Source: Octopus vulgaris (taxonomy: Eukaryota). Taken from it: DNA of 64,000 bases. The stretch covers positions 76,756,001-76,820,000 of the forward strand of contig OX597825.1 in the NCBI GenBank assembly GCA_951406725.2, written 5' to 3'. Below are positions 43,937-57,957 of the stretch, in pieces. The notes beneath the pieces were generated by a model. That model ran no database searches and was not told where the DNA came from. It worked only from the letters and a program-made list of their open reading frames with translations. Numbering within the stretch: the first letter of the stretch is position 1; every line of letters begins with the position of its first letter. The position numbers were made by a program, and so were the translations under genes.

Positions 43937-44057
43937 GTATATACATAAATATATATATATGTGTGTATGGATCACAGATTGGTGTTGTGTATATATATAT
44001 ACATATGTATATACATAAATATATATATATATGTGTGTATGGATCACAGATTGATGT

Positions 44058-44098
<41 letters not shown>

Positions 44099-44424
44099 GT
44101 ATACATATACTGACATATATTCATAAATATAAACATACTTCAGATGCTCTATTTATTACCTACCTACAGACAAACATACATATATATTCATACATTACAA
44201 ATGTTCGATATATATGTACATACATGTGTAAAGTAAGACAGTACACATATTCACAATGCGTTCTATTTTCCATGTCTGCCTGATCATATAATCGACATTA
44301 GGTGCGCATGTGTAAACCTCAGTTTCCGGTTTTCAAGCTGAGTTATTCTTTTAATATTTCAACGATCTATACAGCTATCCATAAACACGCACGTACACAG
44401 AATCAATGTACGCATGTATGTAAA

Positions 44425-44504
<80 letters not shown>

Positions 44505-44520
44505 GATCTATCCATCTATC

Positions 44521-44588
<68 letters not shown>

Positions 44589-44710
44589 ATATATATATAT
44601 ATGTACATATATAAATGGTAACAGTGTATATGCATATATACACATATCAATTTACAAGGACAACCAATACCTCAGGCAAACATATATATGTATATATGTA
44701 TATATGTATG

Positions 44711-44792
<82 letters not shown>

Positions 44793-44889
44793 TATGTGTG
44801 TGTGTGTGTATGTATATATGTATATACATTGTTGAAATTTACAGAAAGGCAAAAGACGAAGACAGGCGTATGAACAACATTTATATATA

Positions 44890-44929
<40 letters not shown>

Positions 44930-45189
44930 TGTGTGTGTGTGTTCTCTCCTACTTCTAGTTATTTGCGGGATTTTCTGCACAAGCTCCATCACTGAACTGT
45001 CGATATCTAAAACAAATTTACAATTTGGACTTGAGAAAAGTTTTGCAGAAAATCATCCAGATTGTCAGTTAGACCTTTAGTCCCAAAACCAAATGCATCG
45101 GTTATTATTGGTATAAACATGAATTTATAATCTGGTTATATTGAAACTGCTGATATATATACATACATACACACACACACACGCAGAAG

Positions 45190-45235
<46 letters not shown>

Positions 45236-45557
45236 GAAGGTGCGTGGCTAATTGGTTAAGATATACTGCTCACGATCGTAAGATCACGCGTTCGATTCTT
45301 AGCGGCACATTGTATTCTTGAGTACGAAACTTCATTTAACATTGCCCCAGCCCACTCAACTGGCAAAAATGCCTTGCACCTGTGAATACAAGGGCCAGGC
45401 CTCGTCACATTCTCTCAGGCTGGGCTTCCTTGAGAACTACGTTAGAGGTACGCATGTCACTGGAATACTCACCCACTTGGCACTTAATTTCACGAGCAGA
45501 GTGTTCCGTTAATCTGATCAACTGGAACGTTCGTCGATGTAACCAACGGAGTGCCAG
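45236..45557 (+). mobile_element. SINE family C, full length
   Basis: gtggctaattggttaag (A box) and gttcgattc (B box); shares body and tail with 50275-50580. Confidence 0.85.
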
Positions 45558-45700
45558 CTATATATATATATACATAAACATTATATATTTACAAACATGT
45601 GTATGTATATCCATCCTTGTATCCATGGTACCATCTATGTATTCATACATATAGTAATGATAAATACACAAAAGGTTCCATACATAATTACATACCTATA

Positions 45701-45840
45701 CGAGGGGGTGCTGAAAAGTTCCTTGCTTTAAGGGTATCGTTAAAAGTTTGGTCGGCAGCCCAAACTTCTAACTTCTTTTACAGGGCTTGGAGAAACTGAA
45801 GAACCGCTGCAATAAGTGAGTGAATCTGAGAGGGGAGTAA
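45701..45840. mobile_element. Mariner-type MITE, truncated second copy in opposite orientation
   Basis: TA|cgagggggtgctgaaaagttcc TIR; internal sequence is the reverse complement of ~21935-22073. Confidence 0.85.
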
Positions 45841-46529
45841 ACCGAACAACACTGAGCGTCAAGCAATATGGGTCAGTAAACACAAACACAAAGACACACA
45901 AATACGTACACACGCATATATATATATAATATATATATATATATATTAGCGGACACTACTTAATTCCAGATCTGAAATTTATAGCAAATGCAAGCACATA
46001 GACAAGTTTCTCTTGTTGAAGTGGAGGAAAACATCCTCTCCGGACTGAGTGACTATCCCACAGACTTTGGTCTCCTGTCCATCATAGTATTCTACCCCAG
46101 TTAAATTAATTATGGTTTATATAGACAAAGGGTACGAAGACTAGTTTTTCTTTTGTTTTATTTTCTCGTTCCACTTTTTCCATCAACTTTTTCCACGATT
46201 TGCATCAACTTTCTTCGCTTTTTTTATTTCTCATTTTTATTTTGCCATAGTCCAGCGTCCTGGTTTTTAAATACATCCAACGTATCAACTTAGCCTGAAA
46301 GATTGCTTGGAGATACATGACATGCTATATAAATCTTTCAATTTATTATATCTGAAAAGCAGGAAATTCTTAATATCGCTTTGTAATTGTGTATATGCAA
46401 TCGATAATCGGAACAGTAACTTTGTAACGATTTTCCAAAGTGCAACGTGTAATTCGCTAGCCTTTTTGTTATCTAAATTCTACTGTCTCTCTGTCTCTCT
46501 CTGTCTCTCTCTGTCAGTCTGTATAAATG

Positions 46530-47004
46530 TCACCAAAAAGGAGAATTACAAACGTCACTTATACATAGCAATGTGGGTGCTTTCTAACACCCTAGTCACA
46601 TTTAGTGACATCCTTAATTCTCCTTTTTTGGTGAAATATTGGAACCTGCTGTTTATATCAATTTTATATATACACATTAGAGAATTGCTAAATCATCCAG
46701 TAATTATGATCGCGAAAACATAAATACTAATGGCGAAGTGAGTCCGGATAGAGCCGAACGGTCGGGTGGTCTTAACTGACGAGGCAACAGAAATTGCCGA
46801 AACTGTCACGTCAGTATTAAAAATTCTCGATTGGCACTTTTCGGACAATTATGGTCCCTGTCAGAGTATATTACATGTTTCCTTTCGTGTGTGTTAACTG
46901 CAGAATTAGAGAGGTTTAGCTCTTATTTCTAGCAATGTAGGTGTTTCCTAACATCCTAGTGACACCTGTAATTCTCCTTTGTTTGTGAAACATTCAAACT
47001 GCTG

Positions 47005-47008
<4 letters not shown>
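46530..47008 (+). mobile_element. Direct-repeat-flanked hammerhead element (PLE pseudo-LTR or retrozyme-like)
   Basis: Direct repeats 46566-46656 and 46930-47008; inverted partial copy at 46530-46559; hammerhead core between the repeats; ends in (TA)n. Confidence 0.65.
46772..46818 (+). ncRNA. Hammerhead core with perfect stem II and poor stem I
   Basis: CUGACGA-GGCAA-CAGAAA-UUGCC-GAAAC-UGUCAC-GUC^AGUA; stem I does not pair canonically. Confidence 0.6.
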
Positions 47009-47085
<77 letters not shown>

Positions 47086-47086
<1 letters not shown>

Positions 47087-47572
47087 TTTAAATTTTTAAA
47101 TTTATTCTGCTTTTTAAAACCATATTATATCTTAATAGATAAATAAATTTTTCTATCTATTTTTTTACCTTGAAAATTAATATTTAACATAATAGGTTGT
47201 ATGACATAATCCTAATGTTTTAAGTTTCTAATTTAGATAATAGAGTTTTTTATAAGAAAAATTATTATTTTATTTATTTATTAAAAAATATTGTTTAACT
47301 CTATTTGCTTATTTATTTAACTAAACTGAAGATTGACTATAATTTTAATTCGAACTTTCAATTGAATTTAAACTTAATTGTAATTCGAATTTAATTATAG
47401 CCATGAAACTTACGTAGTGTTTTTACTTATTATATTATATTTAACTTTTTTATACTTTTTGGTTAGATAAAAAATTTAAATTAAAAGTTTAAAAATTTAG
47501 AATTAAAAAATATACAAATCTAAAAATATGAATATTAAAATAATTTAAAATTTTGATAATCTAAATTTTAAA

Positions 47573-47613
<41 letters not shown>

Positions 47614-47786
47614 TATTATATTAATTATATTTATTTTTTGTTTTTTATGTTTTGGTTTATGTCTATCACTCTTTCAGTTGCCTAATAGTGGTTTTATCTC
47701 TAATTTAATTTATATTTATACTGTGAAATTTGATTTAATCCTAAATCTAATTTTTCCCTGTAAGTTTTGGATATCCTCCCTACTAT

Positions 47787-47790
<4 letters not shown>
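47086..47790 (+). mobile_element. AT-rich hammerhead-bearing element, relative of 12969-13372
   Basis: Shared 3' end and shared stem II base; flanked by (TA)n/(TG)n. Confidence 0.7.
47322..47421 (+). ncRNA. Decayed long-stem-II hammerhead
   Basis: CUGAAGA-U-UGACUAUAAUU-[long hairpin]-AAUUAUAGCCA-U-GAAAC-UUAC-GUA; the 10.1/11.1 pair and stem I are eroded. Confidence 0.65.
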
Positions 47791-47825
<35 letters not shown>

Positions 47826-47832
47826 TGTATAT

Positions 47833-48257
47833 AGGCGTACAAGTGACTGTGTGGTAAGTAGCTTGCTTACGAAGCACATGGTTCCGGGTTCAGTCCCACT
47901 GTGTGACACCTTGGGCAAGTGTCTTCTGCTATAGCCTCGGGCCGACCAAAGCCTTGTCAATGGATTTGGTAGACAGAAACTGAAAGAAGCCCGTCGTATA
48001 TGTGTATATATATGTATATATATATATATGTGTGTGTGTGTGTATGTTTGTGTGTCTGTGTTTGTCCCCCAACATCGCTTGACAACCGATGCTGGTGTGT
48101 TTACGTCTCCGTAACTTAGCGGTTCGGCAAAAGAGACCGATAGAATAAGTACTAGGCTTACGAAGAATAATTTCTGGGGTCTATTTGCTCGACTAAAGGC
48201 GGTGCTCCAGCATGCCCACAGTCAAATGACTGAAACAAGTAAAAGAGAGTAAAAGAG
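47833..48257 (+). mobile_element. SINE family B (CORE-like), full length, best-preserved copy
   Basis: tRNA head (gtggtaag...ggttcagtccc), ccttgggcaagtgtctt CORE-like motif, internal (TA)n(TG)n, tail gtaaaagag repeated. Confidence 0.95.
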
Positions 48258-48293
<36 letters not shown>

Positions 48294-48930
48294 AGCGCAT
48301 ACACAACACACGCATCACACATACACTTTTACAGGCACTTATAAAGTATATATATAGCAATGGCTGATGTTTGTATGTGTTTGGGTGTGTACGTGTGTCT
48401 ATATGTTAGTGTGTATGTGGAACAAACTAATAAATACGGACACACTAGTACATATTGTTCATATATATATATAGTTGTTTGTTTTGAAAGAAGAGACGGT
48501 TTTTAAAGAAGCAAGTAGTAGTAGTAGTCGTAGCAGTAGCAGCAACAGTAGTAGTAGCTGTGATAGTATAATTATTATTATTAGTTGTAGCAGTATTATT
48601 ATTAGTAGTAAACTAGTAGTAGTAGTAAGAGTAGTAGTTGTAGTAGTAATAGTGGTGATAGAATAAGAACAATAAGAACAACAGCAGCAAAAACAACATA
48701 AAAATGCAAGCACAACAACAACAACAAGAAGAATGGACTTATTTTTGCAGATTTTCCAAGATTCCAAGATGTACTTGAATTTCTTGTTTGATCTATGAAA
48801 AGAAACGCCTGATGTATTTCTCGATGCTCGGCAAAGGAATAACAAGAACAATAGCAAAAATAACAACAGCAGCGGGAATAATAATAGTAATAATAATGTT
48901 GTTGATGTTGATGATGATGATGATGATATT

Positions 48931-49055
48931 TGTTTCAAATTTTGGCACAAAGCCAGTAAATTTAGTTTGGGATAAGCGGGTAAGTCGATTACATCGACCC
49001 AAGTGCTCAACTGGTACTTACTTCATCGACCCTGAACGGATGAAAGGTAAAGTCC
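48931..49055 (-). mobile_element. SINE family A 3' part
   Basis: gtttcaaattttggcacaa...ctggtactta...atcgaccctgaacggatgaaagg. Confidence 0.8.
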
Positions 49056-49095
49056 ATGTGTATATATATATGTAAATGTTCATATATATATATTT

Positions 49096-49152
<57 letters not shown>

Positions 49153-49175
49153 CATATATATATGGGTGTGTATAT

Positions 49176-49578
49176 TCTTTTACTCTTTTACTTGTCTCAG
49201 TTATTTGACTGCAGCCATGCTGGAGCACTGCTTTTAAGTCGAAGAAATCGACCCCTGGACTTATTCTTTCTAAGCCTGGTACTTATTCTATAGGTCTCTT
49301 AGGCCAAACAACTAAGTTACAGGGACGTAAACACACCAACAGCGGTAATCTAGCGATTATGGTGGCGTTTACATACACAGATACAAAGACACACATAAAT
49401 ATATACACATAGATGCGACGGCTTCTTTCAGTTTCTGTCTACCAAATCCACTCATAAGGCTTTGGTTGGCCCGAGGCTATAGTAGACGTCACTTGCCCAG
49501 GGTACCACGTAGTGGGACTGAACCCGGCACCATGTGGTTAGGAAGCAAACTTCTTACCACACAGACACACCTGCGCCT
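49176..49578 (-). mobile_element. SINE family B, full length
   Basis: Reverse-complement match to 47833-48257. Confidence 0.93.
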
Positions 49579-49627
49579 ATATACATATATACACACATAT
49601 ATATATATGTATGTATATATGTATATA

Positions 49628-49663
<36 letters not shown>

Positions 49664-49913
49664 TGTATGTATGTATGTATGTATGTATGTATGTATATAT
49701 AAAATGGAACAAAAAGGCAATAGAGGACAATAAGACATTCGGACATATAGATGATACAAAGGCGGACAGAAGAAATAACAATTAGAAGGACAGGCAAAAA
49801 AAGACGGGTTTCGCAGCCTACTTTTCTCAGTCAAGTATACAAGAATTCCTTACTGTTTCGGACAGTTACGCTTGATAGTTCGATCTGGTTGTCCCCACCC
49901 AAAAGTTTTGTAA

Positions 49914-49944
<31 letters not shown>

Positions 49945-49946
<2 letters not shown>

Positions 49947-50165
49947 CGAATTAAAAAATAAAAGAGGGCAAATACAAGGATAACAACAAAAGTCAGAAGA
50001 AGGTACAGAGTGAGTATATTAGATAAGCACTTTGAGGAAGTTTAACATGGAAAGCAAAGCGGCAGGGGTGACATTTCAAGCATGGCTCTTGGTCAGAAAG
50101 AAAATTTCCAGAGAAAAGGAAAATAATAGCCCGAGAGAAGTGATTCGTTACGTGGCGGAAAAATG
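49945..50165 (-). mobile_element. (TA)n-adjacent element with decayed compact hammerhead (50070-50100)
   Basis: Minus strand tttCTGACCAaGAGCcatGCTTGAAATGTC is three substitutions (two CpG-type) from CTGACGAaGAGC-nnn-GCTCGAAACGTC; resembles 60235-60442. Confidence 0.5.
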
Positions 50166-50218
50166 ATAGGTGTATATGTATATATGCATATACATACATA
50201 TATTTTATATATATATGT

Positions 50219-50273
<55 letters not shown>

Positions 50274-50274
50274 A

Positions 50275-50580
50275 GAAGGCGCGTGGCTTAGTGGTTAGGG
50301 CATTCGGCTCACGATCGTTAGGTCGTGAGTTCAATTCCAGGAGACGCGTTGTGTCCTTGAGCATGAACATTATTTCATGCTGCTCCAGTCCACTCAGTAG
50401 TACTTGTATTTCAAAGGGCCAGTCTTGTCACAAGTTGTGTTACGTTGAATCTCCCTGAGAACTATGTCAAGGTTACACGTGTCTGTGGAGTGCTCAGCCA
50501 CTAGCACGCTAATTTCACTACCTAGCTGTTCCGATGATCATATTCGCTGGGACCCTCGTCGCTGTAACCGACGGATTGCC
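50275..50580 (+). mobile_element. SINE family C, full length
   Basis: gtggcttagtggttagg (A box), gagttcaattcc (B box), gtgtccttgagca core. Confidence 0.9.
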
Positions 50581-50581
50581 C

Positions 50582-50639
<58 letters not shown>

Positions 50640-50773
50640 CAATAGGCTAATAAGAAATTATTATTACCAGTGGCCTAGCACAAAATTATCCTTATTCGGT
50701 GGTTTTGAGTTTTCTACTGCTCTTTCTAGCACAAGGCTTTCCTATTTGGAAGCCTCTTATTGTATTTCTCCTC

Positions 50774-50848
<75 letters not shown>

Positions 50849-50854
50849 CTGCTT

Positions 50855-51225
50855 TTAACACCAACAGTCACAATTTGTGGAAATTCCAGAGAGAAGGAAA
50901 TTAATAGTTCAAGAGAAATTCTGTAGAAGAAGGTGGAGTGTTGCTTTTTCTGTGTGTGATTTGTGGGGAGGAGGTGCTTGAGTCGTGCAGACCTGGTCAG
51001 CCATCAGAGAACTCACAGGAATCAACCCATGGTAAATTGTGATACGGCTATTGTTCACAATAGAACATGTGCATCCTGTGGAAAGGTGTGCCTTTCAGTT
51101 GGAGGATTGAAAAAGTATGTCAAAAGAGATCATACCGTGGCACCTGTTTCTTCTGCCAGCCAACACTGTTGTGTATTATGGAATAGAATGTGCAAATCTT
51201 TGGCTGGGGTCAAGTGTCACACAAG
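50855..51225 (+). pseudogene. RTE-type LINE 3' remnant with three C2H2 zinc fingers
   Basis: CVICG(frameshift)RRCLSRADLVSHQRTH, CASCGKVCLSVGGLKKYVKRDH and CVLWNRMCKSLAGVKCHTR, preceded by LWKFQREG; matches the CxxCGRxCxSxxGLxSHxRxH RTE tail; lacks TGEKP linkers. Confidence 0.7.
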
Positions 51226-51353
51226 GGCCTCATATTACATCAACATTGACTCATTTCAGTGATTCTTTCTAGCAATGGCTTTGCTCGTATACGATATATA
51301 CATACATACATACATACATACATACATACATACATACTGAAATAGTCATGTTG

Positions 51354-51429
<76 letters not shown>

Positions 51430-52386
51430 CACGGATAACTGTGAAAGGAAGATATGAATGTAGAATACCGCAAACGCAAGTTCTCCTGGGCCGGGCAAGT
51501 CGCAAAGCTCACAGGCAATATATGAACCGAAGCAGTTATCGATTAGTATCAAAGAAATTAGGGGAGAGCCCTCATAAAAGCTCTCAAGACGGTGGGAGGT
51601 TGACTTAGTTATACAATTCGGGAAGAGAAGGATGCAAATCAAGGGAAGATTGTAAAAGGCATTCTAACCCGCGATATATTAAGCCATGTGACTGGTCGAT
51701 AGAGCAATAGATTGAATAGAAGTACCGATAAAAGAAGGAAGTAAAAGTAACAAAAAAATGTGTTTCAGTCTTCAAGGTGACCCCTAAAAGTAGACGACAG
51801 AAGTCGAATTATCACACAAAGTTGAGAAGAAATGCGAAACGATTTAATCTGCCTTAAATCCTAAAAACTATGGCAAGTTGTCTACAGTAGGTTATGATAA
51901 AATAATGGAAGGGTACAAGTTATATCTTACATGTATAATAAACAAGGAGACGGAACATTGGGGAAATTAATGAAGGAAAAGAGAGGGATCATAATGAAAT
52001 GCAAGTGTGCCTTTTGTTATTACTCTGTTGGATTAGCACTAACTTACGACTAAACAACAAGAACAAAAATAAAAAAAAAATTTCTTCATTGACTTCCGCA
52101 TGACTGGATCGAACTCGGTATTTGCTTCTTGGTCGTTGTATTTTAGAATATTACTTTGAAATAACGGCTAGATCTTTTCTCGTTCGCTTCGACCAATGTA
52201 TATGGCTTCAGTATCTTATTTCTCAACGGAATGCTGATAAGGGTCGATATTGATTATTGGGTGATTATTGATTAGGAGCGGGACACTAATGGTTATTGAA
52301 CTGTTTATCGATCTATTACTGTTTAGAAAAGAAACAAGATAGAATCAATAAACTTTAGCGATATATGTATATATATATATGTGTGT

Positions 52387-52425
<39 letters not shown>

Positions 52426-52585
52426 TGTGTTTGTGTGTGTGTGTTTGTGTGTTTGTGTGTGTGTGTACATATATATAAATATACATGTTTTATATATATA
52501 TATACATACATACATACATACACACATACCTACCTACATATATATATATATACATACATACACACATGCATATATATATATATAA

Positions 52586-52631
<46 letters not shown>

Positions 52632-52650
52632 AACATACACACGCACACAC

Positions 52651-52699
<49 letters not shown>

Positions 52700-53142
52700 G
52701 ACAGATAAGTATAGATAGATAGAAAAAGAGGGAGAGAGAGAGAGAAATAAAGAGAATAATTGCTGGTTTCTTGTCATTCGTATTGTTGTTGCTGCTGTTG
52801 TTGTTGTTGTTTTTGTTGATACCGTCTTGTTGCTGTCGTTTTCCTTATTGTTTACGTGTTGTGTTGTTGTTGTTGTTTTTATTGCTTTTGGCCTTAAACC
52901 TTTAGCGTATGTCTGCCGAACAATGTGAGAATCATTGTCTTATTTACACACAATCCGTTTTTAGTCGGTTGTCTGCCAAGACAACGAATAACGAAAAGAA
53001 AAAAAGAAAACAAAACAAAAAAGAAAATGCTCGATTTACAAATTTCAAACGGGTAAGGAGGTGTATATATTGTTAGAGTCGGTGGAGTTCCACCGATTCT
53101 GACAATACACACATTATCTACTCTTTCGTGTATGTTTCTGAC

Positions 53143-53217
<75 letters not shown>

Positions 53218-53352
53218 GTATGTATGTATGTATATATATATATATATATATATATACATACATACATACATACATACATACATACATACATACATACATA
53301 CATACATACATACATACATACATACATACAGATAGATAGATAGATAGATAAG

Positions 53353-53383
<31 letters not shown>

Positions 53384-53388
53384 TATAT

Positions 53389-53551
53389 AAGCGCACGTGT
53401 GGCTGTGTGGTAAGAAGCTTGTTTACCAACAACATAGTTACAGGTTCAGTCCCACTACGTGGCACTTAGGGCAAGTGACTTTTATTATAGCCTCGGGCTG
53501 ACCAAGCCCTCGTGAGTGGATTTGGTGGGCGGAAACAGAAAGAAGCCCGTC

Positions 53552-53609
<58 letters not shown>

Positions 53610-53820
53610 ATGTATGTCTTTGTGTCTGTGTTTTTCCCTCGTCATCGTTGGACAACTGGTGTTGTGTGTCCATGTAACGATTCGGCAGAAAAGAGCGACA
53701 GAATAAGTACTAGGCTTACGAAAATAAGTTCTGGGCGTTGATTTGTTCGACTGATCCTCTTCAAGGCGGTATTCCAGAATGGCCGCAGTCAAATGACCGA
53801 AACAAGTAAAACATGAAAGA
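53389..53820 (+). mobile_element. SINE family B, full length
   Basis: Head, CORE-like motif, internal (TA)n(TG)n and tail all present. Confidence 0.93.
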
Positions 53821-53863
53821 TGCACACACATATGGATATAGATAGACAGATATATATATATAA

Positions 53864-53940
<77 letters not shown>

Positions 53941-54227
53941 CAGACAGAGATATTTGCGTTTGAAAATAAGGGAAAAATAGAGTTTGCACGCTTTACTAGA
54001 AGTTCAAACATCGTTTTTGGAATCGCTATCGAGAGTTTGACATTACTGACTATTCAAACAATGAAAAGAGGAAGCAATATTTCCCACCTGAAGATTGTTG
54101 AGACATGAAACTGGAGCCGCAAATAGGAATTCAGTTTTATAAAACCATATACTTTATATAATGGATATGTCAATCATCATTTGAATTATATAGGCATACA
54201 CACTTTTATACATATATAAGTGTGTGC

Positions 54228-54258
<31 letters not shown>

Positions 54259-54369
54259 TGTATGTATGTATGTATGTATGTATGTGTGTATGCATGCATG
54301 TATGTATGTATTCATGTATGTGTATGTGTGTGTGTGTCTATGTGTGTGTGTATATATGCACGTTTGTAA

Positions 54370-54411
<42 letters not shown>

Positions 54412-54779
54412 AAATTTGAGTAAAATACTAAAGGGCGATACATAGCTGAAATCGAGAACATTGTGGCATGCATCTCGAGATAGTATAACTCCTAGATGTA
54501 TAATTTTTGGACAAAACCCCCTGCATCGGTGCTTGCATGTCTAAATGAAGCATTTCTGCGTTGTATAGCTTCGTCAGTAAGCATTTACTGGATCAGCCAC
54601 TAACTGAGATACGAAAACAGCAGCAGAAAAAATTCCTTGAGGTCACAATTAGTCGGCAGCGAACACAAACACACACACAAACACAAACACACACACACTC
54701 ACACACATACACACACGCACACACACACATGCTCAGAGGCAGATGCTTGAAATGTATTACACATATCTTTCTTTTATTT

Positions 54780-55125
54780 TATACTTGAAGTGTTCAGTCG
54801 ATCAAGTTGACACCAAAATTCATTTTATTAATTTGATGTTTATTTACTTTGTTGCCGAACCGCTAAGTTGTAAGGACGTAAACAAACCAACACGGTTTTC
54901 AAGCGTTGGTAAAGGAACAAACATAAGCACAAAGCCAAACACATCGATATGTACATAGCTACATATATACATGTATATATATGTATGTGTGTGTGTGAGA
55001 GTGAGTGTATACCCAACCAAACGCGCACACACAAACACATATATATATATATATACATGTATACATACATACGCGGACACACGCACATATACGCACATAT
55101 ATATATGCATGTTTATGTATGTATA

Positions 55126-55162
<37 letters not shown>

Positions 55163-55204
55163 TAAACAATAAAAATAATCTGTAGATAGAATTCTATACA
55201 TGGA

Positions 55205-55280
<76 letters not shown>

Positions 55281-55615
55281 TATTATTATTACGATTATTA
55301 TTAATATATTTATCCTACATTATATCGGCACAGCTCGGTACAACGCCATAAAACTGCTGCTGCAAGTTGGTGCCATTAGGCCGTAGCCGCCATTATAAAA
55401 TAAAATAGGTGCTTTTATATACCAACTCAATAACGATTCCCGTAAAAGAACTTAAAGGATGTATATATATATATTTCGTTTTTTTGATTCGGTTTGCAAT
55501 ACGAAAGGCTTCTTTTAGTTTCCGTTAATAATATCCTCTCACAGGGCTTTTGTCAGCCTGAAGCTATGGCAGAGTACACTCACCCAAGGTAACAACCAGT
55601 GGGACAGAACCCGAA
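54780..55615 (-). mobile_element. SINE family B fragments (3' half ~54780-54945; 5' half ~55505-55615)
   Basis: tgccgaaccgctaagtt and ccaaggt...agtgggacagaacccg motifs. Confidence 0.6.
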
Positions 55616-55980
55616 ATAGTAATATATTTTCTACAGAAATTTGCAGAAACATCAAACGCACAATACTAGGCCTAATATAGAACTATGTCTTACTTCAAAT
55701 ACCCATACATTCCAGTAAGGATTGTTGAGTTATTAAACGCTTAATAATATATATATAATATGGGCATCAATAATATATATCGTATAGACTTTGTAAATCT
55801 ATTAAACATACCCCATTCTGTATGTGTCTATGCCACTGTATATATATATATATATGTATGTATGTATGTATGTTAGTATGTATGAATGTATGTATGTATG
55901 TATGTATGTATATATATGTATATATATGCGTATATGTATATGTATATATATGTATATATATGCGTATATATATATGTACA

Positions 55981-56024
<44 letters not shown>

Positions 56025-56229
56025 CATGGTGTGGTAAATAGCAATACGTCAGTGGCTTTATGATTAATATATTCTTTATGTTCTTGGTGTTGTTTTAAGC
56101 ATAAAATACATAAAATACTCACAAAAAGCGATGTGCAATCATATATATATATGTACATATATGTATATATATATATATATATATTTATATGTGTGTGTGC
56201 GTATGTATGTATGTACGTGTATATATGTG

Positions 56230-56280
<51 letters not shown>

Positions 56281-56614
56281 ATATGTGTGTATGCATGTGT
56301 GTATGTATGTATATGGATATACATATATTGGTGTACATTCATAAATGTCTATATTTTGTGTATTTATATATGTGTATACGTGTGTGTATGTGTGAGAAAG
56401 AGAGTTTGTATATCTACGTATATATATATGTGTGTGTGTGTATGTATATGTGTGCGTATATATATATATATCTTTGTATGTTTGAGTTCGTGTATGTGAA
56501 CACCTAGGGATACCCAAGTATATATACGTTTAATAAATACATGTATATATAAATTCATATATTTGCAAACACATTTATACACACTCACACAAACACCTTA
56601 CACATCTACTCAAA

Positions 56615-56665
<51 letters not shown>

Positions 56666-56739
56666 TTCTTATACATTCATCCATACATTCATGCATAAAT
56701 ATATGCATAGATACATACACACACATATGTACGTACGTG

Positions 56740-56746
56740 CATACAA

Positions 56747-56807
<61 letters not shown>

Positions 56808-57260
56808 TACATATATACATACATACATACATACATACATACACACACATACATACATACATACATACATACACACACATACATACATACATACATACAT
56901 ACATACATACACACACACACATACATATATACATACATACATACATACATACACACACATACATACATACATACATAAGCACATACATACATAAATACAT
57001 ACATACATACGTACATACATACCTACATACATACATACATACATACATAAACACACACACACATACATACATACATACATAAGCACATACATACATACAT
57101 ACATACATACATACATACATACATACATACACACATACATACATACATAAACACATGCATGCATACATACATACACACACACACACATACATACGTACAT
57201 ACATACATACATACATACATACATACATACATACATACATACATACATACACACATACAT
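56740..57260. repeat. (TACA)n/(CA)n compound array
   Basis: Directly visible; a similar array lies at ~59020-59410. Confidence 0.97.
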
Positions 57261-57366
57261 ATTTACTCCTATCGATTTATGAATACTTACGAATTAATAG
57301 GTTTACGCATATGTGAAATTACATATATAACGATTATTCCTTCATTTCGATATTGCTGTTGTTGCA

Positions 57367-57419
<53 letters not shown>

Positions 57420-57699
57420 TTTATTTATTTATTTATTGTTGTTTGTGAAGTAATCAAGGTGCTGATTGAGGAGATCAATAACCATGATCACTAACCTCAA
57501 CCAAATCTATAAACACCCTACCGTTCGCTGTATTAGTAAAACTAATAACTCAGAGCGGTTCACTTGACGTACATATAACTTATATAATTGTATATATTAT
57601 TAAAAAGATGGCGGTGGTAGTGGTGATAGTAGTGGTGGTGATGGCGGCGGTGGTGATGCTTATTGGTGGTGCTGATGGTAGTGATGGTGATGGTGATAT

Positions 57700-57896
57700 G
57701 AATGGTAGCGTGGCGGTGGAATCGGTAAAGAAACGGACTAAATAACTTGGTTACGATTCTTTATATTCAGGGTTCAAATTCTGCCGAGTTCGATTTTGTC
57801 TTTCATCCTTTAACACCACTTCAGTGCAAGCAAGGAATGCAAACAGCTGACCTTTCCCTCCATCAGATTTCTGGGGCTCTTATGATTGTGTGAGAA

Positions 57897-57957
<61 letters not shown>

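Noticed and set aside
47833-47900. tRNA gene calls at SINE heads
   Set aside because: A/B boxes continue into SINE bodies; no complete cloverleaf or terminator.
49804-49833. Hammerhead-like CTGAGAA...GAAACCCGTC on the minus strand
   Set aside because: The core breaks the 3-8 pair, and stems I and II do not form.
54085-54120. CTGAAGA-ttgttgagacat-GAAACTGGAG
   Set aside because: No NUH triplet and no stem I; at best a very decayed motif.
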